From Eledone cirrhosa (Eukaryota), in the NCBI GenBank assembly GCA_964016885.1, contig OZ024757.1, positions 31,682,001-31,746,000 on the forward strand: a stretch of DNA of 64,000 nt, given 5' to 3'. Shown one piece after another: positions 60,324-64,000 of the stretch (within the stretch, counting starts at the first letter, position 1; every line of letters starts with the position of its first letter). The notes below the pieces were generated by a model. It saw nothing but the letters and a program-made list of their open reading frames with translations, was not told the DNA's origin and did not search any database. The position numbers were made by a program, and so were the translations under genes.

Positions 60324-60344
60324 TCTTTCTCTCTCTCTCACCAT

Positions 60345-60399
<55 letters not shown>

Positions 60400-61037
60400 C
60401 TCTCTCTCTCTCTCTCTCTCTCATCTATGCTCTCTCTCTCTCTCTCCTCTCTCTCTCATCTCTCTCTCTTCTTACCCCCTCTCACTCTCACTCTCTCTCA
60501 CTCTCTCTCTCTCACTCTCTCTCTAACTCTCCCTCCCTTTCACTCTCCCTCCCTCTCACTCTCCCTCCCTTTCACACTCCCCATCCCCTGTCACTTCCCC
60601 CTCCCTTTCACTCTCCCTCCCTCTCCCTCCTTATCTCCCTCTACCCCCCCCCCCTCCCCATCCACCCCTTCCTCCTCTGCTTCTTCTCTCTCCCCACCTC
60701 CCCTTCCCCTCATCCTTATCTCACCTCCCCTTCACTCTCACCTTTCCATCTTCCTCCCCCAAACCATATCATCTATCCAAGTCCCATTTCGTAATCCCAG
60801 CACAAGTTGTTCACCCCTCCCCGCCCCGCCCCACCCCACCCCACTTCTACCTACCTGTGGAGCACCCATTCAGCACACTTGTAAGCTCCCACCTGACACC
60901 CCCTAATCAGTGCAACTCTTACAGCACCCCACAAAACACCTGTAAGGTACCCACTCCAACAAAACATTCCACCCACTCACAGTTCACTCCAACTCCCCAT
61001 TCAACTAAACTCCGCCCGCCATTCCATTCTCACGCTT

Positions 61038-61038
61038 A

Positions 61039-61101
<63 letters not shown>

Positions 61102-61104
61102 GCC

Positions 61105-61149
<45 letters not shown>

Positions 61150-61151
61150 GC

Positions 61152-61192
<41 letters not shown>

Positions 61193-61247
61193 GCCTCTCT
61201 GTCTGCCTGCCTGCCTGTCTGTCTGCCTGCCTGCCTGCCTGCCTGCC

Positions 61248-61283
<36 letters not shown>
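61038..61283. repeat. (TCTG)n/(CCTG)n microsatellite
   Basis: direct reading. Confidence 0.95.
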
Positions 61284-62007
61284 CACCTATATATATATAT
61301 ATATAGGTGGACAGACAGACAGACAGACAGGCAGGCAATATATATATATATATATATAACTACCTCAACCACTATCCATACATCAATCCATCGATGAGCT
61401 CGTCCATTACTCCACCCATCCAGCTCCCACTCCATCCACCCATCCAGCTCTCACTCCAAACATCTCTGGCTACATCCATCCATCTATCTATTCCCCCACC
61501 CACCTACCCATTCCCCCACCCACCTGCCCATTCCCCCACCCGTCTACTCATCCGTTCATTTAACCACCTACCCAAATCTTTCTATCCACCCACTTACCCA
61601 TTCATCCATAAAAACCGCCCACCCTTCCATAAAAACCACCCACCCTTCCACACACCCACCCTTCCACACACCCACCCCCTATCTACCCATCTTATTAACA
61701 GCTCCCATCCTATCAACACACATAAGGCAGTGACTGCACTTGTTTCTCATGGGATGCAACTGCACTTGAACACCTGAAGGTATATGTGCATGTGATGCAA
61801 CATGGTATCATCTATATACATCTGATGCACTGCATGATCCTGCAACTTCCTGGTAATACATTAAAATACTAGCAGCATTTGGCACCAGAGGAATTAGTTC
61901 GAGTTTCAATTAGTTTCACTACTTGTGTGGACGGCTATTTTATCAACACATGCACACACATTTTTGTATGTGCACACACACACACAAACACACACACATT
62001 TTTGTAT

Positions 62008-62041
<34 letters not shown>

Positions 62042-62116
62042 CCTAATGTTTGTTGAGTGAGTTGGAATTTGGCCGGAGTATCGCTAAAAAGCTTTCTCCG
62101 ATATTGTATTTATTTA

Positions 62117-62180
<64 letters not shown>

Positions 62181-62186
<6 letters not shown>

Positions 62187-62410
62187 TAAAATAACAGATT
62201 AAAGTTTAAGCAAAGAATCGCTGCTTTCACCCTTAACGGGATCTTCTGAAACTCAGAAGATCCCGTTAAGGGTGAAAGCAGCGATTCTTTGCTTAAACTT
62301 TAATCTGTTATTTTAATAAATATTTGCTCTATGGTTCTTATATATCTGATATATATTTATCCTTATCGAACCCTCTTTGGATTTTAGTCTTCAAATTTAT
62401 TATTATTACT
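62181..62410. mobile_element. Fold-back element with HHR-like remnant
   Basis: perfect ~68-bp arms; cagaaga tccc-gttaa-gggt gaaa (core altered); tail homologous to the reverse complement of 22443-22523. Confidence 0.65.
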
Positions 62411-62550
62411 AAATATATATATATATACGTGAGGTATATGATTTTTAATGCAATGAAATACCTATGACCGTTGGTAAATCACTGATGAGGGACTCATTTT
62501 ATAACATGTTATCCATGTCCAACCATGCAGCATTCTTCTCCTCATTTTTT

Positions 62551-62582
<32 letters not shown>

Positions 62583-63210
62583 CTAATTGGCCCGTCCAGT
62601 TGGCGTCCGGCTAGGTATACCGGCATTTTATCTTTTCAGGAATCCTCCCGACACTCTAGTGCAAAGATACCGCCCGCCCTCTCACGTCAGTGAGGGGGTG
62701 ATGGTGGGGGGGGGGGGGGGGGTTAACATGCTCAGATGTTGGGTTTGAATAGTTTTTAGGATTCCCCAGTTCAGCAGCCAGTACGTTCAAGAAAATTGAT
62801 AGTTACAACAATAAAGGCTGAACAGAGAACAAATCTTTTAACCAACATATACATATATGTGTTCAAATCGCAAGGGACCAGATTCGCTGATGCGAAAAAA
62901 ATACTAACTATGAACAATAGGAATAAATCAAGAAAATAAATAGAAACCGGAATTGTGGTAACTAAAATTCCGGTTTCTATTTATTTTCTTGATTTATTCT
63001 TCAATTGAGTCTGGCAAACCCTATTGTCCATAGTTAGTATTTTTTTCACCTCAGCGAATCAGGTCCCTTGCGATTTGAACACATATATATATATGTCTGT
63101 GTTTATCTCTCTTTTCTATTCAATTATATTACACGGCTCGGAAAAATCTCTTTCCTGGAGCTATTTTATTGTAAGAGACTATTTTGAGTTTCTAACTCAA
63201 TATATACCTT

Positions 63211-63262
<52 letters not shown>

Positions 63263-63266
<4 letters not shown>

Positions 63267-63385
63267 GTTTTTACTTTAGGCACAAGGCCAGCAATAACCC
63301 AGTACATTACTGGTACTTTATTTTATCGACCCCGTACGGATGAAAGGCAAAGTTAACCTCGGCGGGATTTGAACTCAGACTGTAA
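63263..63385 (-). mobile_element. tRNA/Nin-like SINE (5' part replaced)
   Basis: similar to 11878-12054. Confidence 0.8.
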
Positions 63386-63425
63386 AGATGTATGTATGTA
63401 TGTATGTATGTATGTATGTATGTAT

Positions 63426-64000
63426 GTCAGGTCACCAGTTGGTGCTACTGGTAACATGTATCCCAGTACAACCTGTCTCATGGTCGGGTCGTTGGCGACT
63501 AAACTGGCAACCCCACCAAGGTTTCTTGGTGAGGAGGGTGACTTTGGACATCCTGCAGGATTAAAAACAAAACCTGTCAAAGGGCAAAAGAGCTCTTAAG
63601 AGTCAATGGCCATCCAAAATCACCGGGAGAGATGACCCCTTAGCCTTTGTCAAGGCAGAATTCTAGGAGAAGGAAAACTCTGATATAACACCTGCAACCC
63701 TGATGGTATCCAATGATGTTGACTTGTTCTTCTTTTTGGTAAATATCATCTTGGTTAAGAGAGTTGAACTGGCTTTGTGCAGTGCTTTCGCTCACTATAA
63801 AAGCTTCACGGCACAGGCATTGCTTTGTATCTGGAGATCTCTCTGCACTTGTCGTCACATGGTACCATGAGCCCAGCACTATGTGTCAGTAATTGTCACA
63901 AGTGTATTGTCTGTACCAGAGTTTTCAAGTGGCTGGCTGGATTGAAAAGTCACACTCGTTCAGCGCATCGGTAGGGGTTCTCCTACATGGATATAAAGTA
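63426..64000 (+). mobile_element. Second copy of the ~600-bp RTE-5'UTR-like repeat
   Basis: aligns with 4980-5553 over its whole length. Confidence 0.6.

Noticed and set aside
62482-62530. CTGATGA gggac...gtcc as a possible hammerhead
   Set aside because: No GAAA box after the stem; at best a decayed remnant

Overview
This is AT-rich, microsatellite-saturated eukaryotic DNA. The repeat landscape resembles a cephalopod (Octopus-like) intron or intergenic region; that taxon call is inference. Almost all ORFs in the track are artefacts of (TA)n, (CA)n, (CT)n and triplet repeats, and no host gene can be called with confidence. Recognisable content: a Penelope-like GIY-YIG C-terminal fragment, a 5'-truncated RTE-clade LINE with an intact RT ORF, other RTE remnants (one turned into a 36-bp minisatellite), two Tc1/mariner transposase fragments, three tRNA-SINE families and many minisatellites. 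The main signal is about 21 type I hammerhead ribozyme (HHR) motifs from at least 8 sequence families, most with minimal palindromic stem III. They sit in short (100-570 bp) non-coding elements embedded in (TA)n tracts. Most of these elements are head-to-head fold-backs whose ribozyme-sense 3' ends point outward into the TA repeats, typically with one full arm and one arm ending at a recurrent internal TA-like site. They look like Penelope pLTR / retrozyme-like non-autonomous retroelements. All structures were folded by eye; none was computed or tested.
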